DNA of 64,000 nucleotides from an uncultured Bacilli bacterium (lineage in GTDB: Bacteria; Bacillota_I; Bacilli_A; RF39; UBA660), in contig CAKONI010000001.1 of assembly GCA_934097105.1 (NCBI GenBank), forward strand, positions 74,144 to 138,143, in the 5' to 3' direction. The position numbers were made by a program, and so were the translations under genes. Positions 51,310-61,209 of this stretch are shown here, one piece after another (position 1 is the stretch's first letter; the number at the start of each line of letters is the position of its first letter). The notes beneath the pieces were generated by a model, which saw nothing but the letters and a program-made list of their open reading frames with translations, had not been told where the DNA came from and made no database searches.

Positions 51310-52734
51310 ATGAAAAAAGTAAGAACTAGATTTGCTCCGAGTCCAACGGGGTATATGCATATTGGAAATTTGAGGACTGCAATTTTTGAATATCTTATTG
51401 CAAAGAAAAATAGGGGGGATTTTATTCTTAGAATAGAAGATACTGATCAAAATAGGGAAGTTGCTGGTGCGGTTGATTTTATTTATGATACTCTTTCTTT
51501 ATGTGGTTTTTCTATTGATGAAGGGCCTAATAATGAGGGTGAGTGTGGGCCATATGTTCAAAGTATGAGAAAAGATATATATATGGAGTATGCTTTAAAA
51601 CTTGTTGAAATGGGAAAGGCCTATTATTGTTTTTGTTCTGAGGATAGACTTAATGAACTTAGGGAGATTGCTAATCTTAATAAGATTCCTTTTATGTATG
51701 ATGGTCATTGTAAGAGTTTAAGTGATAAGGAAATTAAGGAAAGACTTGCTAGGGGAGATAAGTATGTTATTCGTCAATCTATGCCTAAAGAGGGTAAAAC
51801 TGTTGTTAATGATTTGATTTATGGCGAAGTTGTGATTGATAATAGTGTTTTAGAGGATCAAATTTTGATTAAGTCTGATGGTTTTCCTACGTATAATTTT
51901 GCGAATGTTATTGATGATCATTTAATGGATATTACACATGTTGTTAGAGGAAAGGAATATTTGGATCAGACTGCTAAATATAATTTATTATATGATGCAT
52001 TTGGTTGGGAAAAGCCTTGTTATATTCATGTTGCTATGGTTCTTGGGGAAGATGGCACTAAACTTAGCAAGAGAAATGGTGATGCTTCTTTTATGGATTT
52101 ATATAAAGATGGTTATTTGCCTGCGGCTATTGTTAATTATTTAGTTCTTCTTGGATGGAGTCCTAGTAGTAACAAGGAAATTTTTTCAATGGATGAGTTG
52201 ATTAATGAGTTCGATCCTTCTAGAATTGGTAAATCTGCAAGTAGTTATGATATTAAGAAACTTAATTGGGTTAATGCGCATTATATTAAGGGTCTTAGTG
52301 ATGATGATTATTGTAAGTTTGTTATTCCTTTTTTGGAAGAGGCTTATGATCTTAGTGATAAGAGTGAGGAATGGATTAGGCATTTAGCACTTATTTATAA
52401 AAATCATATTAGTTATGGAAAGGAAATTGTTTCTTTAGTTAAGTTGTTTTTTGAAGATGGTGCGAAGTTAGATGATGAATGCAAAAGTTTTATGGATGAA
52501 AATGATGTGTCTTCGGTTATTTCTTGTTTTAAAGAGGAAATTTCTAATATCGATGAGTGGAATGTTGAAAATATTTGTTTGGCTATTAATAATACTAAGG
52601 AGAAGACTTCTGCTTGTGGTAAGATGCTTTACATGCCAATTAGGATAAAGGTTTCTTATCAAATGCATGGTCCTGAACTTGGAGATACTATTTATCTTTT
52701 AGGTAAGGAAAAGGTTTTAGAACGTTTGGGGTGA
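51310..52734 (+). CDS. gltX: Glutamate--tRNA ligase
   Basis: The start is trimmed to MKKVRTRFAPSPTGYMHIGN (AAGGAG upstream), with KLSKRNG as the KMSKS motif. Confidence 0.96.
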   Translation: MKKVRTRFAPSPTGYMHIGNLRTAIFEYLIAKKNRGDFILRIEDTDQNREVAGAVDFIYDTLSLCGFSIDEGPNNEGECGPYVQSMRKDIYMEYALKLVEMGKAYYCFCSEDRLNELREIANLNKIPFMYDGHCKSLSDKEIKERLARGDKYVIRQSMPKEGKTVVNDLIYGEVVIDNSVLEDQILIKSDGFPTYNFANVIDDHLMDITHVVRGKEYLDQTAKYNLLYDAFGWEKPCYIHVAMVLGEDGTKLSKRNGDASFMDLYKDGYLPAAIVNYLVLLGWSPSSNKEIFSMDELINEFDPSRIGKSASSYDIKKLNWVNAHYIKGLSDDDYCKFVIPFLEEAYDLSDKSEEWIRHLALIYKNHISYGKEIVSLVKLFFEDGAKLDDECKSFMDENDVSSVISCFKEEISNIDEWNVENICLAINNTKEKTSACGKMLYMPIRIKVSYQMHGPELGDTIYLLGKEKVLERLG

Positions 52735-52738
52735 TTTA

Positions 52739-54127
52739 ATGAAATTATATAATACTCTTACTAGAAAAATAGATGATTTTTCTACATATGAGGATGGTAT
52801 TGTTAGGATGTATACTTGTGGTCCGACTGTGTATCATTATGCTCATATTGGTAATTTAAGGACTTATATTATGGAGGATGTTCTTGAGAAGTCTTTATCT
52901 TTTCTTGGGTATAGAGTTGAGCGCGCTATGAATATTACTGATGTTGGGCATCTTTCTAGTGATGGCGATACTGGTGATGATAAGATGGTGAAGGGCGCTA
53001 AAAGAGAAAATAAAACTGTTATGGATATTGCTAAGTTTTATACGGAGGCGTTTTTTAAGGACTGTGAACTGTTAAATATTAAAAAACCTGATATTGTTGT
53101 GCCTGCTACTAGTCTTATTGATGAGTATATTAAGATGATTTCAGTTTTACTTGAAAAGGGTTTTGCTTATAAATCTGGTGAGAATGTTTATTTTGATACT
53201 TCTAAACTTAAAGAATATTATGTTTTGACGAATCATTCTGATGATAGTTTACTTGTTGGGGTTCGTGATGATGTTGGTGAAGATAAAAATAAAAAAAATA
53301 AAACTGATTTTGTTTTGTGGTTTACTAAATCTAAGTTTGATAATCAAGAACTTAAATGGGATTCTCCTTGGGGTATTGGATATCCTGGGTGGCATATTGA
53401 GTGTTCTGCGATTTCGCTTAAGTATTTAGGAGAGCATTTGGATATTCATTGTGGTGGAGTTGATAATATTTTTCCTCATCATACTAATGAGATTGCACAG
53501 ACGGAGTCTTTCATTGGGCATGCTTGGTGCAGGTACTGGTTTCATGTTGAACATTTAAATGATGATACTGGTAAAATGAGTAAGAGTAAGGGTGATTTTT
53601 TGACTTTATCTTTGCTTATGGATAAGGGTTATAATCCTCTTGTTTATAGAATGTTTTGTTTATCTTCTCATTATAGAAAGCAACTTTTGTTCTCTTATGA
53701 TTCTCTTGATGGTTTTAGTAATGCTTATGAGAAATTAAAGAAGAGAGTTTTGAGTTTAACGGATGAGGGAGAGATTTCTAATACTGAGAAGTATATTAAT
53801 GCTTTTAAGGATAATATTAATAATGATCTTAATACTTCAATGATGCTTACTACTTTGTATGATTGTCTTAAGGCTGATGATTTAAGTGATGCTTCTAAGA
53901 AGTATTTAGTGGGATTATTTGACTCAGTTTTAGGTCTTGACTTATTAACAAAAGATGTTAAAAAGTCTTTGGTTGATGAGGAGTTTATTAATGAAAAGAT
54001 TGAGGAAAGACAAGTTTGTAAGGGAAATAAGGATTATTCTAAGGCTGATGAGATTCGTGATGAACTTCTTTCTATGGGAATTAGGCTTATAGATACTAAA
54101 GATGGGACAAAATATGAAATTTTATAG
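52739..54127 (+). CDS. cysS: Cysteine--tRNA ligase
   Basis: CGPTVYHYAHIGN, the zinc-ligand context HIECS and KMSKSKG. Confidence 0.97.
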   Translation: MKLYNTLTRKIDDFSTYEDGIVRMYTCGPTVYHYAHIGNLRTYIMEDVLEKSLSFLGYRVERAMNITDVGHLSSDGDTGDDKMVKGAKRENKTVMDIAKFYTEAFFKDCELLNIKKPDIVVPATSLIDEYIKMISVLLEKGFAYKSGENVYFDTSKLKEYYVLTNHSDDSLLVGVRDDVGEDKNKKNKTDFVLWFTKSKFDNQELKWDSPWGIGYPGWHIECSAISLKYLGEHLDIHCGGVDNIFPHHTNEIAQTESFIGHAWCRYWFHVEHLNDDTGKMSKSKGDFLTLSLLMDKGYNPLVYRMFCLSSHYRKQLLFSYDSLDGFSNAYEKLKKRVLSLTDEGEISNTEKYINAFKDNINNDLNTSMMLTTLYDCLKADDLSDASKKYLVGLFDSVLGLDLLTKDVKKSLVDEEFINEKIEERQVCKGNKDYSKADEIRDELLSMGIRLIDTKDGTKYEIL

Positions 54128-54135
54128 GAGGTATT

Positions 54136-54813
54136 ATGGATAGTATTATTTATTTATTGTTTTTTATATCTTTTGCGATTACTTTGATTGCACAAATTTT
54201 GGTTAGTGCTAGATATAGTAAGTATTCTAAAATTACGAATAGCAAAGGTTTGACTGGGTTTGATGTTGCTAAGAAGATTTTGGAAAAGAATGATTTAGGA
54301 GATATTTATGTAGTTGAAACTAAGGGTTATTTGTCTGATCATTATGATCCTGGGCATAATGTTATTAGACTTTCTCATGGGGTTTTTCATGGTGAAAGTT
54401 TGAGCGCTGCTGCTATTGCGGCTCATGAGGTAGGACATGCTATTCAGAAAAAACAGGGCAACTTTTTTATGAAAATTCGTAGTTTTATATTTCCTGTTGT
54501 TAATTTTTCTTCTAAGTTTGGTTATATTGCTATATTAATAGGACTTATTTTTGGGTATATGAGGTTATTTTATTTAGGAATTTTTATGCTTTTTGTTATT
54601 TTGTTTTTCCAACTTGTTACGCTTCCTGTTGAGTTTGACGCGTCTAGAAGGGCTATGGCTAATTTAGAAAAGTATAATATTCTTCTTGCTGATGAAAAAC
54701 GTGGCGCTAGAAAGGTTTTAGTGGCTGCGGCACTTACGTATGTTGCTAGTTTAGTTACTACTCTTCTTGAAATTTTTAGACTTCTTTTAGTTGTAATGGG
54801 TAATAGAGATTAA
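54136..54813 (+). CDS. Membrane zinc metallopeptidase, YugP family
   Basis: 225 aa with the HEVGHAIQ zinc motif and flanking TM helices. Confidence 0.75.
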   Translation: MDSIIYLLFFISFAITLIAQILVSARYSKYSKITNSKGLTGFDVAKKILEKNDLGDIYVVETKGYLSDHYDPGHNVIRLSHGVFHGESLSAAAIAAHEVGHAIQKKQGNFFMKIRSFIFPVVNFSSKFGYIAILIGLIFGYMRLFYLGIFMLFVILFFQLVTLPVEFDASRRAMANLEKYNILLADEKRGARKVLVAAALTYVASLVTTLLEIFRLLLVVMGNRD

Positions 54814-54815
54814 TT

Positions 54816-55169
54816 ATGCTGTTACAACTTTCTTTTTTGGGTGATGCGGTTTTTGAACTTATGGTGAGAGAATATGCTATTTCCTTGAATATTGTTAAAC
54901 TTAAGGATTTACAGAAGTTTACACTTGATTTTGTCACTGCTAAAAAACAGGCTTATTTTACTCAAATTCTTATACAAAATGGGTATTTAACTGGTGAAGA
55001 GGTAGATTTAATTAGACGTGGGCGTAATGTTAAAACAAGAAAAAGTCCTAAAAATTGTGATGTGATTACATATAAGTATGCGACTGCTTTTGAAATTTTG
55101 ATTGGTTTTTTATATAAAAATGATAGGGAAAGGCTTAATGAGATTTTTGATTTGATTAAAAAAATGTAA
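54816..55169 (+). CDS. mrnC: Mini-ribonuclease 3
   Basis: LSFLGDAVFELMVREY is the RNase III signature. The approximately 117-aa length and the position after cysS match Bacillus yazC. Confidence 0.8.
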   Translation: MLLQLSFLGDAVFELMVREYAISLNIVKLKDLQKFTLDFVTAKKQAYFTQILIQNGYLTGEEVDLIRRGRNVKTRKSPKNCDVITYKYATAFEILIGFLYKNDRERLNEIFDLIKKM

Positions 55170-55182
55170 AGGATGTAGTTTT

Positions 55183-55878
55183 ATGATTATATATGGTAAG
55201 AATAGTTGTTATGAATATTTAAAAAAAGGTTTAAAAGTGAAAAAATTATATTTGGACAGGAATTTTAGTGACAAAAAGATAATTTCCCTAATGGAAAATT
55301 TAAATATCAGGCCTTGTTTCTATACCAAATTTGAATTAGACCGACTTGCAAATGAAAATCATCAAGGTATAATTATAGATGCAGGAGATTATAGATATGC
55401 TGATCTTGATGATATAGTTAGTTCTGATAATGGATTTGTTGTGATTCTTGATCATATTACTGATCCTCATAATTTTGGGGCAATTATTAGAACTTGTGTT
55501 GCAGCGGGTGTTGATGGTATTATTATTCCTAAGGATAGAAGTGTTAGTGTTAATTCTACTGTTATGAAAACTAGTGTTGGAATGGCTCTTAATATTAAGA
55601 TATGTATGGTTACTAATATTAATCATGCTATTAGGTATTTAAAGGATAAGAATTACTGGATTTATGCTGCTGATATGAGTCATACTAAATATACGGATGT
55701 TAGTTATTCTGGTAATGTTGCACTCATTATTGGAAATGAGGGTAAAGGTGTTAGTGATCTTGTTATAAAATCTTCAGATTATGTTGTTTCTATTCCTCTT
55801 GCAGAAAATGTTGATAGTTTAAATGCTTCAGTGGCTGCAGGAATTTTGATTTATGAGGTGGTGAGGCAAAGAAATTAG
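55183..55878 (+). CDS. rlmB: 23S rRNA (guanosine-2'-O)-methyltransferase RlmB (SpoU/TrmH family)
   Basis: HQGIII...ILDHITDPHNFGAIIRT...LIIGNEGKGVS...IPL...SLNASVAAGILIYE. Confidence 0.88.
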   Translation: MIIYGKNSCYEYLKKGLKVKKLYLDRNFSDKKIISLMENLNIRPCFYTKFELDRLANENHQGIIIDAGDYRYADLDDIVSSDNGFVVILDHITDPHNFGAIIRTCVAAGVDGIIIPKDRSVSVNSTVMKTSVGMALNIKICMVTNINHAIRYLKDKNYWIYAADMSHTKYTDVSYSGNVALIIGNEGKGVSDLVIKSSDYVVSIPLAENVDSLNASVAAGILIYEVVRQRN

Positions 55879-55887
55879 GGAGGTTTT

Positions 55888-56454
55888 ATGGTTTATAATG
55901 ATTTTGAACTTGTTTATATGGTTGGAGAAAGTGAGGAGGTACTTTCTTTACTTATAAGTAAGTATGAGCCTTTGTTTAGGAAAATTGCTAATTCTTTTGT
56001 AGATAAGTATCCATTAAAGGGACTTAATGTTGAGGATATTGTGCAACAGTGCAGAATTATTATTTGTAAGGCTGTTGATACTTTTAGTGATTCTAATGAT
56101 GTTATATTTTATACTTATTTACTTGCTTGTTTAAAAAGAGGATTATCGAGTTATTGTAGGACTTTGATTAAAAGGCCTGATACAGTTTTTTATATGGGTG
56201 ATGAGAATTACGAGAATTCTAAGGAGTTTGTTAGTTCTTGTGATTCATTTGAGTTATGTAGTGATTTTGAATTTTTTCTTGCTCTAATTACTTTTAAGCA
56301 TAATCTTTCTTTTTTGGATTCGTGTATTTTTGAACTTCGTTATAATGGTTTTTCTTACAAGGATATTGCATCTTTGTTGGATACTAATGTAAAAAAGGTT
56401 GACAATTCTTTATTTTTTACTAGAAAAAAACTGGAAAAGTATTTTTCATTTTAA
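55888..56454 (+). CDS. Sigma-70 family factor, SigH-like by position (divergent)
   Basis: 188 aa with a region 2-like segment (DFELVYMV...LLISKYEPLFRKIANSF) and a region 4-like HTH (FSYKDIASLLDTNVKKVDNSLFFTRKKL). Its position after mrnC-rlmB matches sigH in Bacillus. Confidence 0.6.
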   Translation: MVYNDFELVYMVGESEEVLSLLISKYEPLFRKIANSFVDKYPLKGLNVEDIVQQCRIIICKAVDTFSDSNDVIFYTYLLACLKRGLSSYCRTLIKRPDTVFYMGDENYENSKEFVSSCDSFELCSDFEFFLALITFKHNLSFLDSCIFELRYNGFSYKDIASLLDTNVKKVDNSLFFTRKKLEKYFSF

Positions 56455-56493
56455 TTTTTTGTGTTATACTTGTTATGATAGGAAGGGTAGACT

Positions 56494-57123
56494 ATGGATA
56501 ATACGATTTCACTTAGACAATTTATTGATAGAAGAGATGAATTTGATAATATTAGGATCAATACTTTTTGTCGTCTAATGAAGAAGGTTTCTTCGGCAAT
56601 TGATAAAGAGGAAAATAATATTATAAGAATTAATTTAGATGAAATTCGTATTAATGTTCTTACTGGTGATATAATATTTCCTAGTAATTTATTAAATGAT
56701 GGGGGAAATTCTTTTAAAACAGTTGCAGGTTTTAATACTGGTGTTGGTTTGATGGCCGATAGAAAGAGTTCTTTGGAGCACAAAAGAATATCATTTGCAC
56801 TTATGTTTTTAGGATGGTATTGTAATGATGATAGGAGTGCTATTATTAGTGATATTAATGTTTTAGAGAATTTTGATTACTATATGAGTAAGGTACCTAG
56901 TTGGTTACAGGACTATTTTATTGCTGTTTTTAAGAGAATGGACTATAATATTTCTTTTTCTGATTATTATGATAAAAACTTTACTGAGGATGTTAAAAAT
57001 AATATAAAAAACTCTTTTAAAGAGTATAATTTACCTGATGAACAACTTAAAAGTATTATGAAAGTTGTTATGAAAAAGGCAGATAATATGGTGTTTAGGG
57101 GTGAGAATAATGGACAGATTTAA
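56494..57123 (+). CDS. Hypothetical cytoplasmic protein
   Basis: 209-aa ORF with host-like T/G-rich codon usage and no motif I recognise. Confidence 0.5.
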   Translation: MDNTISLRQFIDRRDEFDNIRINTFCRLMKKVSSAIDKEENNIIRINLDEIRINVLTGDIIFPSNLLNDGGNSFKTVAGFNTGVGLMADRKSSLEHKRISFALMFLGWYCNDDRSAIISDINVLENFDYYMSKVPSWLQDYFIAVFKRMDYNISFSDYYDKNFTEDVKNNIKNSFKEYNLPDEQLKSIMKVVMKKADNMVFRGENNGQI

Positions 57124-57547
57124 TGATAGATGGGAAGAAGATATGAAAAAGTCTATTCCAAGGAGTACTGATTATGTTAAGGCAAAACTTGCAACGGAAC
57201 TTGAACTTTACAGAGTGGGTAATTCTGTAATTAAAGATAGTGTGAATAAAATTGAAAATGCGGGAACTGATAATCAAAATAATGCTTTTTCAAATGATAA
57301 GAGATTAGTTAGAACTATGAATCCAAATATGAATGGTAATAACAATTCTTTTAATAATAATTCTTTTGATACTTCTAATATTTATGATAGCAATCCTTTA
57401 TCTGGTTTTGGTGGTGTTAGTAACGATGAGGCAAGTGGAAAGAATTTTTATGGAAGTGGTTACTCTACAGCTTTAATTTTATCTTTTACGGCAGCACTTG
57501 TTTTCTTAGTTTTTCTAGTTTGTTTACTTTTTGCTAATTATTTTTAG
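57110..57547 (+). CDS. Hypothetical tail-anchored membrane protein with N-rich disordered middle
   Basis: The ATG at 57110 follows GGGGTGAG and overlaps the upstream gene. It has an N-terminal helical segment, an N/S-rich linker and a single C-terminal TM (ALILSFTAALVFLVFLVCLLFANYF). Confidence 0.5.
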   Translation: MDRFNDRWEEDMKKSIPRSTDYVKAKLATELELYRVGNSVIKDSVNKIENAGTDNQNNAFSNDKRLVRTMNPNMNGNNNSFNNNSFDTSNIYDSNPLSGFGGVSNDEASGKNFYGSGYSTALILSFTAALVFLVFLVCLLFANYF

Positions 57548-57628
57548 AGATTATGTCTCTTTTTTTGTGTTTTTTCTTTAATTTTTTCTTATTTAATGTT
57601 AAAATATTATCTTGAGGAGATGATTTTT

Positions 57629-60130
57629 ATGTCATTATTTAGAAAAGTATTTGATTTTGATGAAAAAGAACTTAGAAGATTTGAAAAAATTGCTTGTCAA
57701 ATTGATGCGCTTGATGAAGAATATTCTAAACTTTCTGATGAAGAACTTAAAAATAAGACTGGTTTATTTAAGAAAAGAATTGCTGAGGGTGAAACTTTAG
57801 ATGATATAGTTGTTGAGGCTTTTGCTACCGCTAGAGAGGCATGTTTTAGGGTTATTGGAGAAAAACCTTATCATGTACAACTTTTAGGTGGTTTGGCTCT
57901 TCATTTCGGTAATATTTCTGAAATGAAAACTGGTGAGGGAAAGACACTTACTTCTGTTCTTCCTGCTTATTTGAATGCACTTGATGGTAGAGGTGTTCAT
58001 ATTGTTACTGTAAATGAATATCTTGCTGAACGTGATTCTAAATGGATGGGTCAAATTCATAAATTTTTGGGTCTTACTGTAGGACTTAATCGTCGTGATT
58101 TAAGCGCTAAGGAAAAAAGAGAACAATATGATTGTGATATTTTATATTCCACTAATAACGAAATAGGATTTGATTATCTTCGTGATAATATGGCTATTAA
58201 AAAAGAGGATCGCGTGCAACAACGTGGACTTAATTATGCAATTGTCGATGAAGTTGATTCTATTTTGATTGATGAGGCGCGTACACCTTTAATTATTTCT
58301 GGTGGTTATTTAGAAAATAAAAATTTGTATAACCAAGCAGATAGTTTTGCAAAGACTCTTAAGGAAAATGATGGATATGTGTATGATGCTAAACTTAAGA
58401 GGACTAATCTTGATGAAAGTGGTTTTAAAAAGGCTGAAAAATACTTTAAGGTTGATAATTTATATGATGTTAATAATTCTACTTTAGTACATTTTATAAA
58501 TCAGGCTTTACATGCTAACTTTTCTATGAAAAGAGATTTTGATTATGTTGTTAATGATGGAAAAATTGTAATTGTTGACCAATTTACTGGTCGTTTGATG
58601 CCAGGTCGTGCATTTAGTGATGGTTTGCATCAAGCAATTGAAGCTAAAGAAGGTGTTGAGATTCAACAAGAAACTAGAACTTTGGCTACCATTACTTTCC
58701 AAAATTTATTTAGAATGTATAAGAAACTTTCTGGTATGACTGGTACTGCTAAAACTGAGGAAGAAGAATTTAGAGAAATTTACAATATGTACGTTATATG
58801 TATTCCTACGAATAAACCTGTTATTCGTGTTGATATGCCAGATATTATTTATGCAAGTAAAAAGTCTAAATATAAGGCAATAATTAATGAAATTGCTGAG
58901 AGACATAAGAAAGGGCAACCTGTTCTTGTGGGTACTATTGCTATTGAAACTAGTGAGGAAATTAGTTCTTTATTGAAGAAAAAGGGTATACCTCATGAAG
59001 TTTTAAATGCTAAGAATCATGCTCGTGAGGCTGAAATTATTTCTAAGGCTGGTGAAAAAGGTTCTGTTACGATTGCTACTAATATGGCTGGTCGTGGTAC
59101 TGATATTAAACTTGGTGAAGGTGTTAAAGAACTTGGTGGTTTATGTGTAATTGGTACTGAAAGACATGAGTCTCGTCGTATTGATAACCAATTGCGTGGA
59201 CGTTCTGGACGTCAAGGTGATCCTGGCTATACTCAATTTTATATTGCTATGGATGATGAACTTATGATTCGTTTTGGTTCTGAAAAGATAAAGAATCTTT
59301 TACAAAGTACTGGAATTGATGAGGGCATGGCTATTAGAAGTAAAATGTTTACTAGGTCTGTTGCTTCTGCACAAAAAAGAGTTGAAGGTAATAACTACGA
59401 TACTCGTAAGACAATTTTGCAATATGATGATGTTATGAATAGACAAAGAGAACTTATTTATGGTAAGAGAAACCTTATTTTAGATAGTGAATCAATTCAT
59501 GAAGAAATTCTTAAGGGAATGTATAATCATGTTGCGGATTTAATTGAATCTCATGCTGGGGAAGATGAAAAGTTAGAAAAAGAAGATATTAAGGATATTT
59601 GTGAATATGTTAATTCTAGTTTGCTTAGAAAAAATATTGATGAAGAATTCTTTAAGGATAAATCTATTGATAATATTATTGATGGTATTACTGAGCTTAT
59701 TGTTTCTGAATATGAGGAAAAAATTAAAGAAATACCTGATGAAGTTGCTAATGAATTTGAAAAAGTTATTGCACTTAATGTTATTGATAAGTACTGGATG
59801 GAACAAATTAATACTATGGCTCATTTAAAAGAGGGAATTTTCTTAAGAAGTTATGCTCAAGATAATCCTCAAAGGGCTTATACTGAAGAAGGTTTTGATT
59901 TGTTTGATACTATGATGGAAAATATTGATAAGTATACTACTTTGTACCTTCTTAATGCTGAAATTAGGCAAAATATTGAAAGAAAGCAAGTTGCTAAGAG
60001 CCAATCTACTAATGAATCTACTGAAAAAGGTAAGGGGCATACTATTAAAAAGGGTAAAAAAGTTGGTAGAAATGATCTTTGTCCTTGTGGAAGTGGGAAA
60101 AAATATAAAAATTGTTGTGGTAAAAATTAA
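57629..60130 (+). CDS. secA: Preprotein translocase ATPase SecA
   Basis: The start is trimmed to MSLFRKVFD (GAGGAG upstream). It has DEAD motor motifs (MKTGEGKTL, DEVDSILIDEARTPLIISG) and a C-terminal zinc finger CPCGSGKKYKNCCG. Confidence 0.98.
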   Translation: MSLFRKVFDFDEKELRRFEKIACQIDALDEEYSKLSDEELKNKTGLFKKRIAEGETLDDIVVEAFATAREACFRVIGEKPYHVQLLGGLALHFGNISEMKTGEGKTLTSVLPAYLNALDGRGVHIVTVNEYLAERDSKWMGQIHKFLGLTVGLNRRDLSAKEKREQYDCDILYSTNNEIGFDYLRDNMAIKKEDRVQQRGLNYAIVDEVDSILIDEARTPLIISGGYLENKNLYNQADSFAKTLKENDGYVYDAKLKRTNLDESGFKKAEKYFKVDNLYDVNNSTLVHFINQALHANFSMKRDFDYVVNDGKIVIVDQFTGRLMPGRAFSDGLHQAIEAKEGVEIQQETRTLATITFQNLFRMYKKLSGMTGTAKTEEEEFREIYNMYVICIPTNKPVIRVDMPDIIYASKKSKYKAIINEIAERHKKGQPVLVGTIAIETSEEISSLLKKKGIPHEVLNAKNHAREAEIISKAGEKGSVTIATNMAGRGTDIKLGEGVKELGGLCVIGTERHESRRIDNQLRGRSGRQGDPGYTQFYIAMDDELMIRFGSEKIKNLLQSTGIDEGMAIRSKMFTRSVASAQKRVEGNNYDTRKTILQYDDVMNRQRELIYGKRNLILDSESIHEEILKGMYNHVADLIESHAGEDEKLEKEDIKDICEYVNSSLLRKNIDEEFFKDKSIDNIIDGITELIVSEYEEKIKEIPDEVANEFEKVIALNVIDKYWMEQINTMAHLKEGIFLRSYAQDNPQRAYTEEGFDLFDTMMENIDKYTTLYLLNAEIRQNIERKQVAKSQSTNESTEKGKGHTIKKGKKVGRNDLCPCGSGKKYKNCCGKN

Positions 60131-60209
60131 TGAATTTTTAGAAAGTAAAGTTTGTGAAAATTATCAATTGTTGATGAAATGTTTATGATTTACTTACAAA
60201 ATATTGAAA

Positions 60210-60246
60210 TAAAGATGTCACTTAGAAATAATTTGTTGACATCTTT
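60210..60246 (+). terminator. Hairpin downstream of secA (weak terminator candidate)
   Basis: Perfect 10-bp stem AAAGATGTCA/TGACATCTTT with a 16-nt loop and a short T4 tail. Confidence 0.4.
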
Positions 60247-60269
60247 TAAATTTAAAAAAGAGGTAAATA

Positions 60270-60929
60270 ATGGAAGGAAAAAATAATATAGTAATATATC
60301 AATTAGATGATGGTAAAGCAAAAAATAGATGTAAAATTTGAGGATGAAACAGTATAGCTATTACAGTAACAGATGGCTGAATTTTTCTCTACTTCAAGAA
60401 CTAACATAATTGAACATATAAATAATATATATGAAGAAGAATTAGATAAAAATTCAATATGTCAAAATTTCCGACAAGTTCGAAAAGAAGGGAATAGAAT
60501 GGTTAATAGAGAAATTCCATATTACAATTTAGATATGATTATATCTTTAGGATATAGAATAAAATTTAAAGTTGCTACTAATTTTAGAAGATGGGTGACG
60601 GAAAGATTAAAGGAGTATATGATTAAATGGTTTGCTATGGATGATGAAAGATTTAAAGACAATGGTGGGGTAATTATTGGAAATAATTGCTTATTAGAGT
60701 TAAAAATATAAGAACATCTGAAAAAGTATTATATAGACAAGTTTTTGTTTAGTACTGGACAAAAGTTATTTGTTGGTTCGAGTACAGTTAGTCATAATAA
60801 AATGATTGAAAGGGCAAAAGATGAATATAAGAAACATCAAGTAAAAACAATGAGTCCGGTGAAAAAGAATATTTAGAAATATTAAAAATAATGAGCAATA
60901 AAATTGATGATAAAACAAAGAATGAATAG
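60270..60929 (+). pseudogene. RhuM-family (virulence-associated) gene remnant: frameshifts, in-frame stops and an internal deletion
   Basis: Fragments are MEGKNNIVIYQLDDGKAK / KIDVKFEDETV*LLQ*QMAEFFSTSRTNIIEHINNIYEEELDK...FRQVRKEGNRMVNREIPYYNLDMIISLGYRIKF...RLKEYMIKWFAMDDERFKDNGG, then a jump to the C-terminal ...HNKMIERAKDEYKKHQ...SPV/EKEYLEILK. A TAG sits where homologs have Trp. Confidence 0.75.
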
Positions 60930-60989
60930 AGTGTATCATATAGGTGTACTTTATTTTTATATGTAAATCACAGATAATGAGAGTGATAA

Positions 60990-61150
60990 AATGATTAGTA
61001 TAAGAAAAAGAGACAATGTATATTGATTTTGTTTGAAGTAGGAGAAATGGAAAATGATTAACAAAAAATGGTTTTAAGACAACGAATGAAGCATATACTG
61101 TATTGATGAATTCATTAATGGCGTAACAAATGTAGAATGTACTAAGGAGG
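60990..61150 (+). pseudogene. Possible remnant of a tyrosine-integrase N-terminus (arm-binding region)
   Basis: Broken frames read MISIRKRDNVY.. and ..NGFKTTNEAYTVLMNSLMA, resembling the KRGN-x-Y...GFKTKKEA start of phage/ICE integrases. There are multiple stops. The evidence is weak. Confidence 0.3.
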
Positions 61151-61209
61151 GTGTAATAGTGGTATATGAAAAGTGCAGAGAATCATAAAGATAAATTTTT
61201 TTGTGAAAT

